Assembly: GCA_016845825.1 (NCBI GenBank)
Contig: JAERSJ010000108.1
Span: 1 to 47,174 of the forward strand
Source of the DNA: Methanobacteriota archaeon
GTDB taxonomy: Archaea > Thermoplasmatota > Poseidoniia > MGIII > CG-Epi1
Reading direction: 5' to 3'
Length of the DNA: 47,174 nt
This document shows, one piece after another, positions 7,925-17,820 of this stretch (positions are counted from its first letter, which is position 1; each line of letters opens with the position of its first letter). Under the pieces are notes generated by a model that was not told the origin of the DNA, did not search any database, and worked only from the letters and a program-made list of their open reading frames with translations. A program made the translations under genes and the position numbers.

Positions 7925-9655
7925 TTACGCGTCAGCTTGTCCGATTCCCTCTTCTAAAGTTTGGAACCAATCATCATCCCAACAGATGCTGCTCAACCCG
8001 AATTTCTTAAGGAAGATTCCTACCACCATCTGTACCGAATCTGAATACCACCACTCATCATAGTCATCTTTAACTTCCATAATGTGTTTTAATAAAGAGT
8101 TTTCATCATAATGCAGTACACCACACGCTCTTAACTCGTTGAAAAATTCTGCCGCCATCTGGTTCATTTCCCAATACTCTTCTCTGATAAATAAACAGGT
8201 TGGTATATTTAGCGTCAGAGCTTCTAAAAAAACTGTTGAATCATAACTAACAATAACCAACGCAGATCTCGAGAAACTTTCAATGAGAGATTGTTCGTTA
8301 GAGTATACGAAATTGGATATTCCAAATTTGCCGTATTCGATATCTAAATCCCATAAATCTCTTCCACTTTTAAGCCTGATGAGAATATCATCTTTGAAAA
8401 CTGGACCATCGAGTGTATTGAAGAATCGAGAATGTAATTCTAGGCAACCATTGAAACTAGTAGATAACGGCGAAGAATCAATATGATTACTATATCTAGA
8501 AACACTATATGGTATAAATAAAATCTTATTATCAGATTTTTTGATTTCTAAATCTCGTAACAAAGAGAGCTTGGGAGAAGGCCAATTACAGTTTCCCCAG
8601 CCCCAAGAATAAAAACGATCAGCTATCTCTTCGGTTAACTTTCCGGGTCCATTGAATAGCGCAGTACCATGATGTCCTCCATGAACCGTAACCCATAATT
8701 TAGTACCATCATTTTTTTTTCTAGCACACCACACTTTAAAGTGCTCATTAGAAAAATAAGCACCTGAAGTAACGATAAGGTCCACATTCTCTGGAAAAAT
8801 TTTCTTAGAATCTTCTTCTAAAGATCGATATCCCTCCAAATAAGAGATCGGAATATTTAATGGAATAAGCTTATCAATAAGTCGTTCAAAACCTGTGTCA
8901 TCAGAACTAGGAGTAAAAAAATTGGCGCGCATATCCCAGTTTAACTTGAACGATTTAGGCTTAGCTCTTAGGTAGTAGGCAAAAGACAAACTTTTCAATT
9001 TATAAAGTAATTTGTAAAGAAACCTCTGGGGTAAATCAACTTCCACAAACACAACTTTTCTGTCTTTATTTCTTAAAAATTTTGTCATTGCAAACAAGAA
9101 GGATTTTATTTTTGATGGCTTTCTTAGAGGATATCTTATGTTGGATGGATTCAATTTGAATGATGTTTCTTTCACTTTAACTAAGCCAGTGAATTTTATG
9201 ATTTCCGAAAATAAATAATGATTCCACTCGTCGCTATAAAATTGATAGTTAAAATCAACATAGTCTAAAGGCACCCAATCATCGCGATCATATGAAGCTA
9301 GCCTAGCGTAGTCAATGTCATAGTTTTTAGATGCAAAAGAGAGTGTTTCATAACGATCTAAAAGGATTGAGATAAAATAATGAAGCCAAGGACCAACAAT
9401 AACTCGCCAGAATTCAACAGAGTGGTTAACTTTGTGCTTTAGATTTAATGACTGAGTCATTTTTAACAAATACTTTTCATAAAGTTTCCATACCAATTGG
9501 TAATCTCTAAAAAGCTTACTTCTATCATCCCAATGGTACTCTGATATCATTGCCGTACGGTTATTAGATGGGTCACACCATGCACCTAAGAGTAGAGTAT
9601 TTAACTCAGAATCGCCCCTATCCAAAGGTGTAAGTTCTAATACGAGTTTACTCAT
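7925..9655 (-). CDS. Large cytoplasmic hypothetical transferase (GT-B-like C-terminus; from memory resembles the LIC12162-type O-antigen-locus family)
   Basis: 576 aa with no TM or signal peptide. C-terminal ALVIVSYDSTVFLEALTLNIPTCLF resembles the nucleotide-sugar-binding half of GT-B/TagF-like enzymes. Contains an A9 tract (T9 on the plus strand, 8712-8720). Confidence 0.3.
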   Translation of the reverse strand: MSKLVLELTPLDRGDSELNTLLLGAWCDPSNNRTAMISEYHWDDRSKLFRDYQLVWKLYEKYLLKMTQSLNLKHKVNHSVEFWRVIVGPWLHYFISILLDRYETLSFASKNYDIDYARLASYDRDDWVPLDYVDFNYQFYSDEWNHYLFSEIIKFTGLVKVKETSFKLNPSNIRYPLRKPSKIKSFLFAMTKFLRNKDRKVVFVEVDLPQRFLYKLLYKLKSLSFAYYLRAKPKSFKLNWDMRANFFTPSSDDTGFERLIDKLIPLNIPISYLEGYRSLEEDSKKIFPENVDLIVTSGAYFSNEHFKVWCARKKNDGTKLWVTVHGGHHGTALFNGPGKLTEEIADRFYSWGWGNCNWPSPKLSLLRDLEIKKSDNKILFIPYSVSRYSNHIDSSPLSTSFNGCLELHSRFFNTLDGPVFKDDILIRLKSGRDLWDLDIEYGKFGISNFVYSNEQSLIESFSRSALVIVSYDSTVFLEALTLNIPTCLFIREEYWEMNQMAAEFFNELRACGVLHYDENSLLKHIMEVKDDYDEWWYSDSVQMVVGIFLKKFGLSSICWDDDWFQTLEEGIGQADA

Positions 9656-10485
9656 GTATTCAGGGAATTCTTATCAATACAATAATAAGGATTTTCTCTA
9701 ATTCTAGCCATATAGAAATCTACAGATTCTTTAACGGATATCATCCTACTGGGATAATATCCAAACTGTTTTTGAACTAACAACCCGCTTGATTCGACTT
9801 CTTCCCCATAAGATGAATAGTCCTCCTCCACGGGAAATTTAAAACATCTATTTTCCGAATTTCCACCATTCTCAAGATACTCAGCTTCAGAAAAACATCT
9901 GACTAATTGCGTAACTCGTCTATCCGAACCATCAGGGCTACAAAATGTCTTAACGTAACGATGAGGCACTCCAACCTTTTGCTGCGCATAATGTATGAAT
10001 GTTGATCTATATTTGACATCATTAAATGCCCCTCCTAGTAGGAGAATCCAAGCTCTGTTTTTTTGTCCGTACTCCACCACTTTACTAAAAATTGATTTAT
10101 CTCCAAAGCAATCATCGCCCACATTAAGAAAGTGATCTGCTAGTGGCTGGTTATAATCATTGACTCTGATTGAAACAGAAAAATTGGGGTTGCTAGATCT
10201 TTTATAGTTAGACTTACCCAAAACATAGTTCGAAAAATTACCCATCTCTGGACATTCTGTATCTTTATTAAATTTTTGACCTTGACTCCAGCTATAACTA
10301 AAGGTGGGAATAATGAGGGTTCCTTTTGGAAGAGCTTCTTCAATAGCTCCTTCAATTGTAGCTAATCCATTTTCAAGCCTCCCCAAACCGAATAAACCAG
10401 TGAACATAAACACAAGATCATCAGGCCGGATGCCCAAATCTTTAATGAAGTGAGCTGCAAGATTTGATTGGGTAGTCGTGAACAT
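9652..10485 (-). CDS. AAC(3)-fold (Antibiotic_NAT family) acetyl-CoA-dependent N-acetyltransferase, probably acting on an amino sugar
   Basis: N-terminus LGIRPDDLVFMFTGLFGLGRLENGLATIEGAIEEALPKGTLIIPTFSY matches the family pattern (LGI..GD.l.VHsS...G.v.GG...vi.aL.......GTL.mPt.s). Sits in a glycan operon. Confidence 0.6.
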   Translation of the reverse strand: MFTTTQSNLAAHFIKDLGIRPDDLVFMFTGLFGLGRLENGLATIEGAIEEALPKGTLIIPTFSYSWSQGQKFNKDTECPEMGNFSNYVLGKSNYKRSSNPNFSVSIRVNDYNQPLADHFLNVGDDCFGDKSIFSKVVEYGQKNRAWILLLGGAFNDVKYRSTFIHYAQQKVGVPHRYVKTFCSPDGSDRRVTQLVRCFSEAEYLENGGNSENRCFKFPVEEDYSSYGEEVESSGLLVQKQFGYYPSRMISVKESVDFYMARIRENPYYCIDKNSLNT

Positions 10486-10486
10486 A

Positions 10487-10885
10487 TTAAGTTAGGATGT
10501 TAAACTCAACAATACCAATACCGACGATTTTATAGAAACTTACAATATTGCACTGCTCGGTTGGTGAGGGTTCAGGTAAGGTCAAGCGAATTCCAAGTCG
10601 GTTCTTCAAAATGAAGTTATGCAGCTTTTGTAGTAATTCTTTAGACTCAATATCGTAACAGACATGATTAAAACCAAGTTTATGTGCTGCAGCTCTTCCC
10701 TCATTTGTGATGTATTCCCTATGTACTTGCATAAGCTCATCCCACACAAAGCATACTGAAACGCCCTGGATAGTATCTTCTATAAAACAATTACCAGATT
10801 CTTTCTCGATCATTCGCTTCATCTTCGGATTAATTATGATGCCAATATGATTAATTTTTAATTCACTCAATAAATTGTCAATCAC
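10487..10885 (-). CDS. VOC/glyoxalase-fold protein (methylmalonyl-CoA-epimerase-like)
   Basis: 132 aa; N-terminal INHIGIII motif typical of VOC-fold epimerases/dioxygenases. By eye only. Confidence 0.5.
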   Translation of the reverse strand: MIDNLLSELKINHIGIIINPKMKRMIEKESGNCFIEDTIQGVSVCFVWDELMQVHREYITNEGRAAAHKLGFNHVCYDIESKELLQKLHNFILKNRLGIRLTLPEPSPTEQCNIVSFYKIVGIGIVEFNILT

Positions 10886-11696
10886 AACACTCTCCTTTTT
10901 TTGTGACCCCTAACTCTTCGAGTTGATTAAACAAACTCACATCCATAGTCGCAATCACAGCCTTATCATCAAGAGATGCCTCTTCTCCGTTATAAAAATT
11001 AATCAACGAACCAAAGTTTTTAATAAAAGCGAACGCAGGTGCCACATCATAGATTTCAGTGCTATGCCAAATACGACAACTTAACTTTCCGAGCACAATC
11101 ATGGCAATATCAAATACGGCTGATCCAGATATTCTAGCAGTGAAAGCATTGTCCACAATTAAATCAAAGTTCTTTTTAGAATTTTTGGGATCCTTATAAA
11201 ACTGATTATCAAATGCTATCATTTGCTGAGATATTGGTAATTCTGTCTCTGAAACATCGACTACTTGACCTGAGTCGTCTTTATCAAGGGAATAAAGCGT
11301 GATTTCTCCATCATAAAATGAAATTAAGATACTCAACATCGGTAGGCCAATATAGCTTTCGATTGCTACTTTTGACTCTGAAAAAACGGTGTAAGACAAT
11401 CCCCACATTGGGATTCCGTATAGATAATTATGGGTCCCATCAAGGGGGTCAATTACAACCATACTCTCTTTATGGTCACTAATATTCTGATAATTATCCA
11501 ACTCCTCTGAAATGACTACGCAATTAGGATGATATTTGCTTGCGATCTCTACTAATCGACTTTGAGAGAAAACATCAGTTTCTAATACATATTCTCTTAC
11601 GCCAACAACAAGTTTTTCGTTATCGATTATGGGCGCCTCTGTTCTATACTGCTTCTTTAAATCATTAAGTAAAATTTTTAAATCATCTACAATCAT
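10878..11696 (-). CDS. Inositol monophosphatase / CysQ-family phosphatase
   Basis: DPLDGTHNY metal-binding motif and YDVAPAFAF (the WD.AAG-type motif). Confidence 0.7.
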   Translation of the reverse strand: MIVDDLKILLNDLKKQYRTEAPIIDNEKLVVGVREYVLETDVFSQSRLVEIASKYHPNCVVISEELDNYQNISDHKESMVVIDPLDGTHNYLYGIPMWGLSYTVFSESKVAIESYIGLPMLSILISFYDGEITLYSLDKDDSGQVVDVSETELPISQQMIAFDNQFYKDPKNSKKNFDLIVDNAFTARISGSAVFDIAMIVLGKLSCRIWHSTEIYDVAPAFAFIKNFGSLINFYNGEEASLDDKAVIATMDVSLFNQLEELGVTKKGECCD

Positions 11697-13140
11697 GGTT
11701 ATCCAGTATCCGTCTTACTTCTTTTCTTTTGAGTTTTCCGCTATGAGTTTTGGGAAGAGTCTCTAGAAAAATTATGTCTACAGGGTGTTTATAAGATGAT
11801 AGTTTCTGCGATAATAATCCATATAGTTCTGACTTAATACTTTCTTGATCTGAGAGTTCATCTTTTAAGGTTACAGCTGAAATAATGTCCTCCCCATGAA
11901 TGTCATGAGATATTCCAACAACAACTGCTTCCTGAACTGATGGGTGCGTATAGAGGATTTCTTCTAGTTCGGCGGGTACTATGTTTATCCCGCCTTTTAT
12001 TATTAAATCTTTAGCACGATCTTTATATACATACTTATTATTCTCATAGCTAACAATATCCCCTGTACTGAACCAACCATCCTTCACAACCTCTTGATAG
12101 AGCTTGTGATTTTTATAATATCCCAAGAATACATTTCTTCCCTTTATTTGCAATTCAGAGTTTTCTGAAATCTTACACTGATTTACATCAAGAGCGAGCC
12201 CAATTGTACCTGGCTTCCATTGCGCACTCCTAGGATCATCAATATGAGTAGGACCAGTTTCAGATAAGCCGTATAAGTTACCAATTTTTATACCATATTG
12301 CTTCTCAAACTGCATTTGAGATTCCAAAGGCAGAATAGATGATCCGCATCCAAGAAACATCAAAGAGCTAAAATCTAAACTCTGTGTTTGATATCTTATC
12401 TTTAGAAGCATGTAGACAATAGTAGGGACGATCTGAGCGTAATTGATTTTTTCATCCGATAAAATTCTAAAAAATCTAGATGCTATATTGGAGAAACTAT
12501 CTGCTAAAACCAGATTGGAACGATTAAACAAGCAAGGGAAAATATTATAATTAATGGACGCTGTATGTCCAAATGGCAAAATTGCTAAGTGCTTCGTATC
12601 TTCGTTAAAGCCAAAACCTCTGTTAATTGATTCTATTAAATAAAAGATATTATCGTGTGAATATAAAACACCTTTTGGACTACCTGTAGTACCTGAAGAG
12701 TAATACAGCGCTGCGACGTCGCTGCCACCCGCGCTACTCTCGGTGAGAGTAACTATCTCTTTAGATACATCTGTATAATTTTGGGGATTCAATACATGTA
12801 ACCTTGGAGTAAACTTTTGAACTACATCTCGAGTAGTGATAACCATCTTTGGCTCAATGTATTCAAAGATTCTCTCTAATTCTTCGTCAGAGGTAAAAAA
12901 AGGAATTGGGTTAAATATGTTACCTGTTAACAAACAAGCAATTAACACTTCTATGTATTCGATCGAATTAGGAAGCACGACTGATATCACTTCTTTATGA
13001 TACTTCCCAAATACATTAGAGAATCTTAGAGATGACTGATAAATATCAGAATAGCTTTTAAAGCTATCTCCGCTTATATCTTTAACTCCCGATCCATGAG
13101 CATCATGAAGTTCCCTAATTTTATTTTGAAGTTGTGACAA
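11683..13140 (-). CDS. Adenylate-forming acyl-CoA/acyl-carrier-protein ligase (ANL family)
   Basis: YYSSGTTGSPKGV AMP-binding motif, DGWFSTGD, and C-terminal LPKTHSGKLKR. TTG start per the ORF track. Confidence 0.85.
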   Translation of the reverse strand: MSQLQNKIRELHDAHGSGVKDISGDSFKSYSDIYQSSLRFSNVFGKYHKEVISVVLPNSIEYIEVLIACLLTGNIFNPIPFFTSDEELERIFEYIEPKMVITTRDVVQKFTPRLHVLNPQNYTDVSKEIVTLTESSAGGSDVAALYYSSGTTGSPKGVLYSHDNIFYLIESINRGFGFNEDTKHLAILPFGHTASINYNIFPCLFNRSNLVLADSFSNIASRFFRILSDEKINYAQIVPTIVYMLLKIRYQTQSLDFSSLMFLGCGSSILPLESQMQFEKQYGIKIGNLYGLSETGPTHIDDPRSAQWKPGTIGLALDVNQCKISENSELQIKGRNVFLGYYKNHKLYQEVVKDGWFSTGDIVSYENNKYVYKDRAKDLIIKGGINIVPAELEEILYTHPSVQEAVVVGISHDIHGEDIISAVTLKDELSDQESIKSELYGLLSQKLSSYKHPVDIIFLETLPKTHSGKLKRKEVRRILDNHDCR

Positions 13141-13186
13141 TTTACTTATTACTCTAGCTAATTAATGAAAAATGATCATTTTTCTC

Positions 13187-14479
13187 TTAAAAAGACTCAA
13201 TCGGCGTAATCAAATCCTCTGATATTAGTGATTGAATAATAGGAATTAAATCGAGTGCATATATTCCCACTTCTTCAGCCAAATCAACTATATCCATACT
13301 TCCATCACAACATGTCATTATATTTAAAATCAATTGCGCAGAATCACTATCAGCATTTTGCTTACCTCCAATAATCATATAGTTTTTACCTCTTTTAGAC
13401 AGAAAAGGTTCGCCCAAAACATTAGTATGATATTTGAAATTGTTTTCTAAAATTTCTATGCATGCCTTATGAACATTAAATGAGTGTTCCAAGCCGAAGG
13501 GGGTTATAAATTCCATATTATCAAGCGAAGTATGATACTCAGGAAACTCACCATATTTTGACTTCATGATAGAAACCATAGGCAAATCAACGCCTGGCGA
13601 GCAATACTGTCGCTCGTCACTCCCCCTATCATTCATAAAACTATATTCTTTATATGACTCTATTTGATTTGCCATAACATGTCTCGCTACCTTGTCAGAG
13701 ATAGTATTACCTTTTCTTGATGGCATAAAAGAAAATGCGCGATCATCACCCACGCAAGTCAGATTAAACGCTGCATGAATATTTTGTAATTTATCAAAAT
13801 TCTTCGAGATATATGCAACACTACCAATTGTTTCCGGAGTGAAACAAAATCTATATGTATAACGATTAGACCGGCCTGATAACCACTTAGCTAAATATGT
13901 TGCAACCGCAGGTCCAGATAATTCATTGTTTGCCATTTGAGGATGGCAAATATATGTGGAAAAGAAGATTTCTTTCTGCTCTTTGCCTTCAATCACTAAG
14001 TCAGCATAGGTTAAGCTTCCTACACTCTTTTGAGAATCGATATAAACATGGTAGCTCTCCTGCTTTAATTGATCCCGCTGGTTTTGAGATAAGCAGAATC
14101 CCCAAGTATCATCATAATAGGACGTTACATAGGGAATAGCATTTGGCTGATCGGGTAACGAATAAAGGTGTTTGTTCAGCTCTTTGAGGGAAACATGTTT
14201 ATCCACGGAATCACTGTACCCCAAAACATGTAAATTAGTATCTGCGAGGGTAATTACTTTCTCACCTTTTGAATTTTTAATGTAAGCATCAACAATATTC
14301 CATTCCTTAGGTACCACCCAGTCTTCTATTACGGTACCTGTTGGGATTTCATACATCTGCAAAGCAAGAAGGTGGTCGTTTTTTATCCTTTCGAGACTTA
14401 ATCTTACTCCATCCCCAGTTATACTCCGAGGAATAGTAATTAGACTCTCTATGAAACTATACATCAACTGCCCGATCAT
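13187..14479 (-). CDS. DUF4910 / aminopeptidase-like (M28-fold) polysaccharide-locus protein with C-terminal winged-helix-like tail
   Basis: 430 aa. N-terminal ..LITIPRSITGDGVRLSLERIK.. is typical of the aminopeptidase-like domain proteins found in glycan loci. By-eye recognition. Confidence 0.5.
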   Translation of the reverse strand: MIGQLMYSFIESLITIPRSITGDGVRLSLERIKNDHLLALQMYEIPTGTVIEDWVVPKEWNIVDAYIKNSKGEKVITLADTNLHVLGYSDSVDKHVSLKELNKHLYSLPDQPNAIPYVTSYYDDTWGFCLSQNQRDQLKQESYHVYIDSQKSVGSLTYADLVIEGKEQKEIFFSTYICHPQMANNELSGPAVATYLAKWLSGRSNRYTYRFCFTPETIGSVAYISKNFDKLQNIHAAFNLTCVGDDRAFSFMPSRKGNTISDKVARHVMANQIESYKEYSFMNDRGSDERQYCSPGVDLPMVSIMKSKYGEFPEYHTSLDNMEFITPFGLEHSFNVHKACIEILENNFKYHTNVLGEPFLSKRGKNYMIIGGKQNADSDSAQLILNIMTCCDGSMDIVDLAEEVGIYALDLIPIIQSLISEDLITPIESF

Positions 14480-14483
14480 ATTA

Positions 14484-15143
14484 CTAAACTTTTTTTTGAA
14501 GACATAATTTAAAAAATATATACATTACTCTGCTAATTTTTATAAACGACGCCAAAGCACCCCCAAATCGGGATTCTCCATCTCTCTTTTGAACATTAAC
14601 ACGCGTTTCCTTAATGCTAATATTGTCTCTGATGGCCAATGCAAGTAGCTCGGTTCCAATCATTTTTTGTTTGTCAAAAAAACCATACCTTTTATAAAAG
14701 TCAGAAGAATACCCTTTCATTCCGCACAATGGATCATGAATACCAAAGGCTAGAGAGGAAAGTAAGCCAAATATATATTCAATAAATCTATTCTTGGTAT
14801 TTCTTCTGCCTACAACCATAGAGAAGTTTTCTCTGAGTAATGATAACACCTTCTTGATACCCCCAGATTTTAACTCGCCATCAGCATCAGTAGTAATGAT
14901 AAATCGATATCCCTCTCTTACTGCATGCCCGATACCAGTAGACAGAGCACTTTCGTAGCCCATTTTACTTCCATGGGTGAGTATAGTCGCGGAGGTTCCG
15001 GCTGCAAGGGCAACCGTTGAATCAAAAGATCCATCATCTACAATAATCACGTCACCATACTGTTGAACGTCATTGATAACTGTAACGATCGATACTTCTT
15101 CATTGAATGCTGGGATAATTATTGCTAGGTCAGATCTTCCCAA
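14484..15143 (-). CDS. Family 2 glycosyltransferase (small, DPM1/GtrB-like catalytic domain)
   Basis: IIIPAFNEE, VDDGSFDST and TTDADGE (DXD) motifs. Start overlaps the upstream stop by 19 nt. Confidence 0.8.
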   Translation of the reverse strand: MGRSDLAIIIPAFNEEVSIVTVINDVQQYGDVIIVDDGSFDSTVALAAGTSATILTHGSKMGYESALSTGIGHAVREGYRFIITTDADGELKSGGIKKVLSLLRENFSMVVGRRNTKNRFIEYIFGLLSSLAFGIHDPLCGMKGYSSDFYKRYGFFDKQKMIGTELLALAIRDNISIKETRVNVQKRDGESRFGGALASFIKISRVMYIFFKLCLQKKV

Positions 15144-16189
15144 CTTATAGCATCCCCTTTTTTTATGTCATTTTTTAATGTTTGGCCGAGGAGACTTTCC
15201 ATTTCATAGGGTGCGAATGCACCCTCTGGACAAGGCCTCAAAGAGATAAGATCTCCATGGCTAATTGTATCACCAGCAATAAGATCTGTTTTGACTCTCA
15301 ACGCTCTTCGTTGAAGAACCACAGTTTGTTTTTCATTTTCTTCTACTACCTTTATCCCATTTCCCAATGAAAACTCTAACTCTCGAGTGCGATCAACCAT
15401 TTCTCTCCATGATTTCGGGTCCATTGAGAATTTGTGGTCTGGTCCTTCTCTATTATTACTATCCGTGAAATGCTTCTCGACTGCCCTAGCCCCCAAAGCC
15501 ACAGACCCTAAAACGGTTGCACATCCTGGAGTGTGGTCACTAAGGCCTAATATAACATCAGGATACCTCTCTCTGAATGTTTTTAAGACATTAAGATTAA
15601 TATACTTAAAATTCTCTAGTAACCCAGTATAGTTTGTATTGCACTGCATCAGTACAACAGGATTTTTACTCTTTGAAAGAACGGCCATAGCGCGATCGAC
15701 GTCCGACAATGAAGAAGCTCCAGTAGCTAGGAAAACAGGCTTACCTTTCGCTGCTATGTGCTCAATGATATCCAACCAACTTATATCCCCAGAGCCTATC
15801 TTGTATGCCGTAACAAATTCATCCACATAATCAACTAAATCTTTGGAGTATGGACTAGTCATAAAAACTATACCCGCTTGATCACAAGTGTTTTTTAACT
15901 CCATTGTCCAGTCTTGATTTAAGCTTGCTTCTTGGTAAACCTCATAAACGCTTTTTTTCCAAGATGCCTGATGAGATTGTTGACTCACTAAATTTTTGAA
16001 CCCGAAGTCACTGACAATAGTGTCTGCTGTGAAATGCTGAAATTTGGCACAATCTGCACCGGCTTCAGCAGCTTGCCAGATCAAATCTTTTGCTCTACTA
16101 AGATCTCCATCATGGTTTGCCGCAACATCAGCAATAAAGAACACTGGGTTTTGTTCACCAATTTTATAATCATTTATTTTTATATTCAT
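15125..16189 (-). CDS. Nonulosonic acid synthase (NeuB/PseI/LegI family) with C-terminal SAF domain
   Basis: NPVFFIADVAANHDGDLSRAKDLI, CAKFQHF, and C-terminal ..IAGDTISHGDLISLRP.. (SAF/antifreeze-like domain). Confidence 0.85.
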   Translation of the reverse strand: MNIKINDYKIGEQNPVFFIADVAANHDGDLSRAKDLIWQAAEAGADCAKFQHFTADTIVSDFGFKNLVSQQSHQASWKKSVYEVYQEASLNQDWTMELKNTCDQAGIVFMTSPYSKDLVDYVDEFVTAYKIGSGDISWLDIIEHIAAKGKPVFLATGASSLSDVDRAMAVLSKSKNPVVLMQCNTNYTGLLENFKYINLNVLKTFRERYPDVILGLSDHTPGCATVLGSVALGARAVEKHFTDSNNREGPDHKFSMDPKSWREMVDRTRELEFSLGNGIKVVEENEKQTVVLQRRALRVKTDLIAGDTISHGDLISLRPCPEGAFAPYEMESLLGQTLKNDIKKGDAISWEDLT

Positions 16190-16191
16190 AA

Positions 16192-17058
16192 TTAATCCTT
16201 TATACCTTCTAAGTGAGCCTTGATCTCTGATTCTAAAGTCGGGAGAGAGACATTAAAAGATTCCTCAAATTTCGAAACATCCATTAACATCCCTTTTGGC
16301 CTAACGGCAGAAAAACCTAAATCTTCAACCGATATCTCAGTTGAACACAACTGACTTCCTCCAATCAACTTGGCTAGCATATTAGCAAATTCAGCTTTAC
16401 TCATACCATCTCTACTCCCTAGATTATAGACTCCCGGGTTAAATTTATTAATTACATGGGCAATCATTTTAACTAACGTGCCAGTAGACAATGGAGAGAA
16501 ATAGACATCACGAAATAGATTGACTGGAGTTTTGCTTTTAATCTGTAGTTCTAGCCAATCAGAAAAACTCTGTCGATGGCCAATCTGAGCTTTTCCAAAA
16601 AAATTAGTTCTTAAAACTGCACCCTCGACACCGAGTGCAACTCTCTCGGCACAATACTTTGTCGCAGCATATACATTTCTAAAGACGACTCTATTTTCTG
16701 AATTATTACCCGGAGCATCGTATACATGATCCGTAGAGACTTGTATTAATTTGGTATTAGCTTCGCGAAGCTGGATCCAAGCCGCTATATTTTCAACCGG
16801 CCTAACATTTAATCTATAAGCTAAATCTTGTTCTTTCTCATTCCTTTCAACGTCAGACAGACAAACTAGATTGACAATAAAATCCGGCTTAACGATATCA
16901 AGTAACTTAATAACAGCTGCTGAATCTGTTAGATCAACCTTAACATCCGCAGAATTTTTAAATCCATGAACGACAACTTGGCAATCAAGTGTCTTTAAAT
17001 ATTTAGAAAGGATAGAGCCCAACATTCCTGTTCCGCCTGCAACAAATATGGTTATCAC
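16192..17058 (-). CDS. RmlD-like NAD(P)H-dependent sugar reductase (extended SDR)
   Basis: VAGGTGMLGS Rossmann motif and YAATKYCAE (YxxxK). GTG start preceded by GAGG. Confidence 0.7.
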   Translation of the reverse strand: MITIFVAGGTGMLGSILSKYLKTLDCQVVVHGFKNSADVKVDLTDSAAVIKLLDIVKPDFIVNLVCLSDVERNEKEQDLAYRLNVRPVENIAAWIQLREANTKLIQVSTDHVYDAPGNNSENRVVFRNVYAATKYCAERVALGVEGAVLRTNFFGKAQIGHRQSFSDWLELQIKSKTPVNLFRDVYFSPLSTGTLVKMIAHVINKFNPGVYNLGSRDGMSKAEFANMLAKLIGGSQLCSTEISVEDLGFSAVRPKGMLMDVSKFEESFNVSLPTLESEIKAHLEGIKD

Positions 17059-17061
17059 TAG

Positions 17062-17820
17062 CTATACCTCTTCGTCATATTTTTGAGACTCTATAAGACC
17101 AGCATTTCTGAAAAATTTAGAGTTCAATGACTTTAGTAAGGGATCTTTATCGAGTAGTGCATATACATCATCAGTTGTGAAACTGGGGTTCTTTAAATAC
17201 AGGGCATTATAAATTTGCTCAATAAGTCGAAAATCCTCTTCATAATCAACGGTCCAGCGTAACTTAGAATCATCCCTTTTTTGCCGAAAATGGTATACAT
17301 TAAAGTCACTATTCTCAGCAAATATATAAGGCGTTACATGCTCTCTTTGTGATTGTAACCTAGCTCCGCTCCATGCTTTCTTTAAAGCTTTAAATGATAA
17401 AATCGTTGCATCCAAACCCTCTGGGTAAGTCGGCTGAAAGCTATTTGATAAAGCATCACAGCCTTCAATCAGCATCTTGTTAATCATTCTGTCGACTAAT
17501 TCAGGATCACTTAATGGGTCATCACCTGTTAACCTTACAATATACTCAGCATCATATTTACGAGCTGCTTGATAATAACGATCCAAAACATCATTCTCAC
17601 TTCCTCTAAAACATGGAACCTCAATTAAAGAGCAAAGATTTTCGACTGCATTGTCCAGGGGACTTTCTGTAGTCGCAACAACTAATTGATCCATCAGCTT
17701 TGATCGCTTCAAGCGCTCAATTTGAAGCTGCAATAGCGGTCTTCCAAGAATTTCCATCAAAACTTTGCCTGGCAGTCGAGTTGAGCCCATTCTTGCTTGA
17801 AGAATTCCAACAATCACCAA
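17062..17820 (-). CDS. SpsF/PseF-type cytidylyltransferase (CMP-nonulosonate synthetase family)
   Basis: N-terminal GILQARMGSTRLPGKVL, typical of the SpsF/FlmC/PseF group. Confidence 0.7.
   Translation of the reverse strand: MVIVGILQARMGSTRLPGKVLMEILGRPLLQLQIERLKRSKLMDQLVVATTESPLDNAVENLCSLIEVPCFRGSENDVLDRYYQAARKYDAEYIVRLTGDDPLSDPELVDRMINKMLIEGCDALSNSFQPTYPEGLDATILSFKALKKAWSGARLQSQREHVTPYIFAENSDFNVYHFRQKRDDSKLRWTVDYEEDFRLIEQIYNALYLKNPSFTTDDVYALLDKDPLLKSLNSKFFRNAGLIESQKYDEEV

Noticed and set aside
9652-10485. AAC(3)-family protein as an aminoglycoside-resistance gene
   Set aside because: It is embedded in, and translationally overlapped with, glycan-biosynthesis genes, and no mobile element lies nearby. 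A role as an amino-sugar N-acetyltransferase is more parsimonious. Resistance cannot be excluded without an MIC test.
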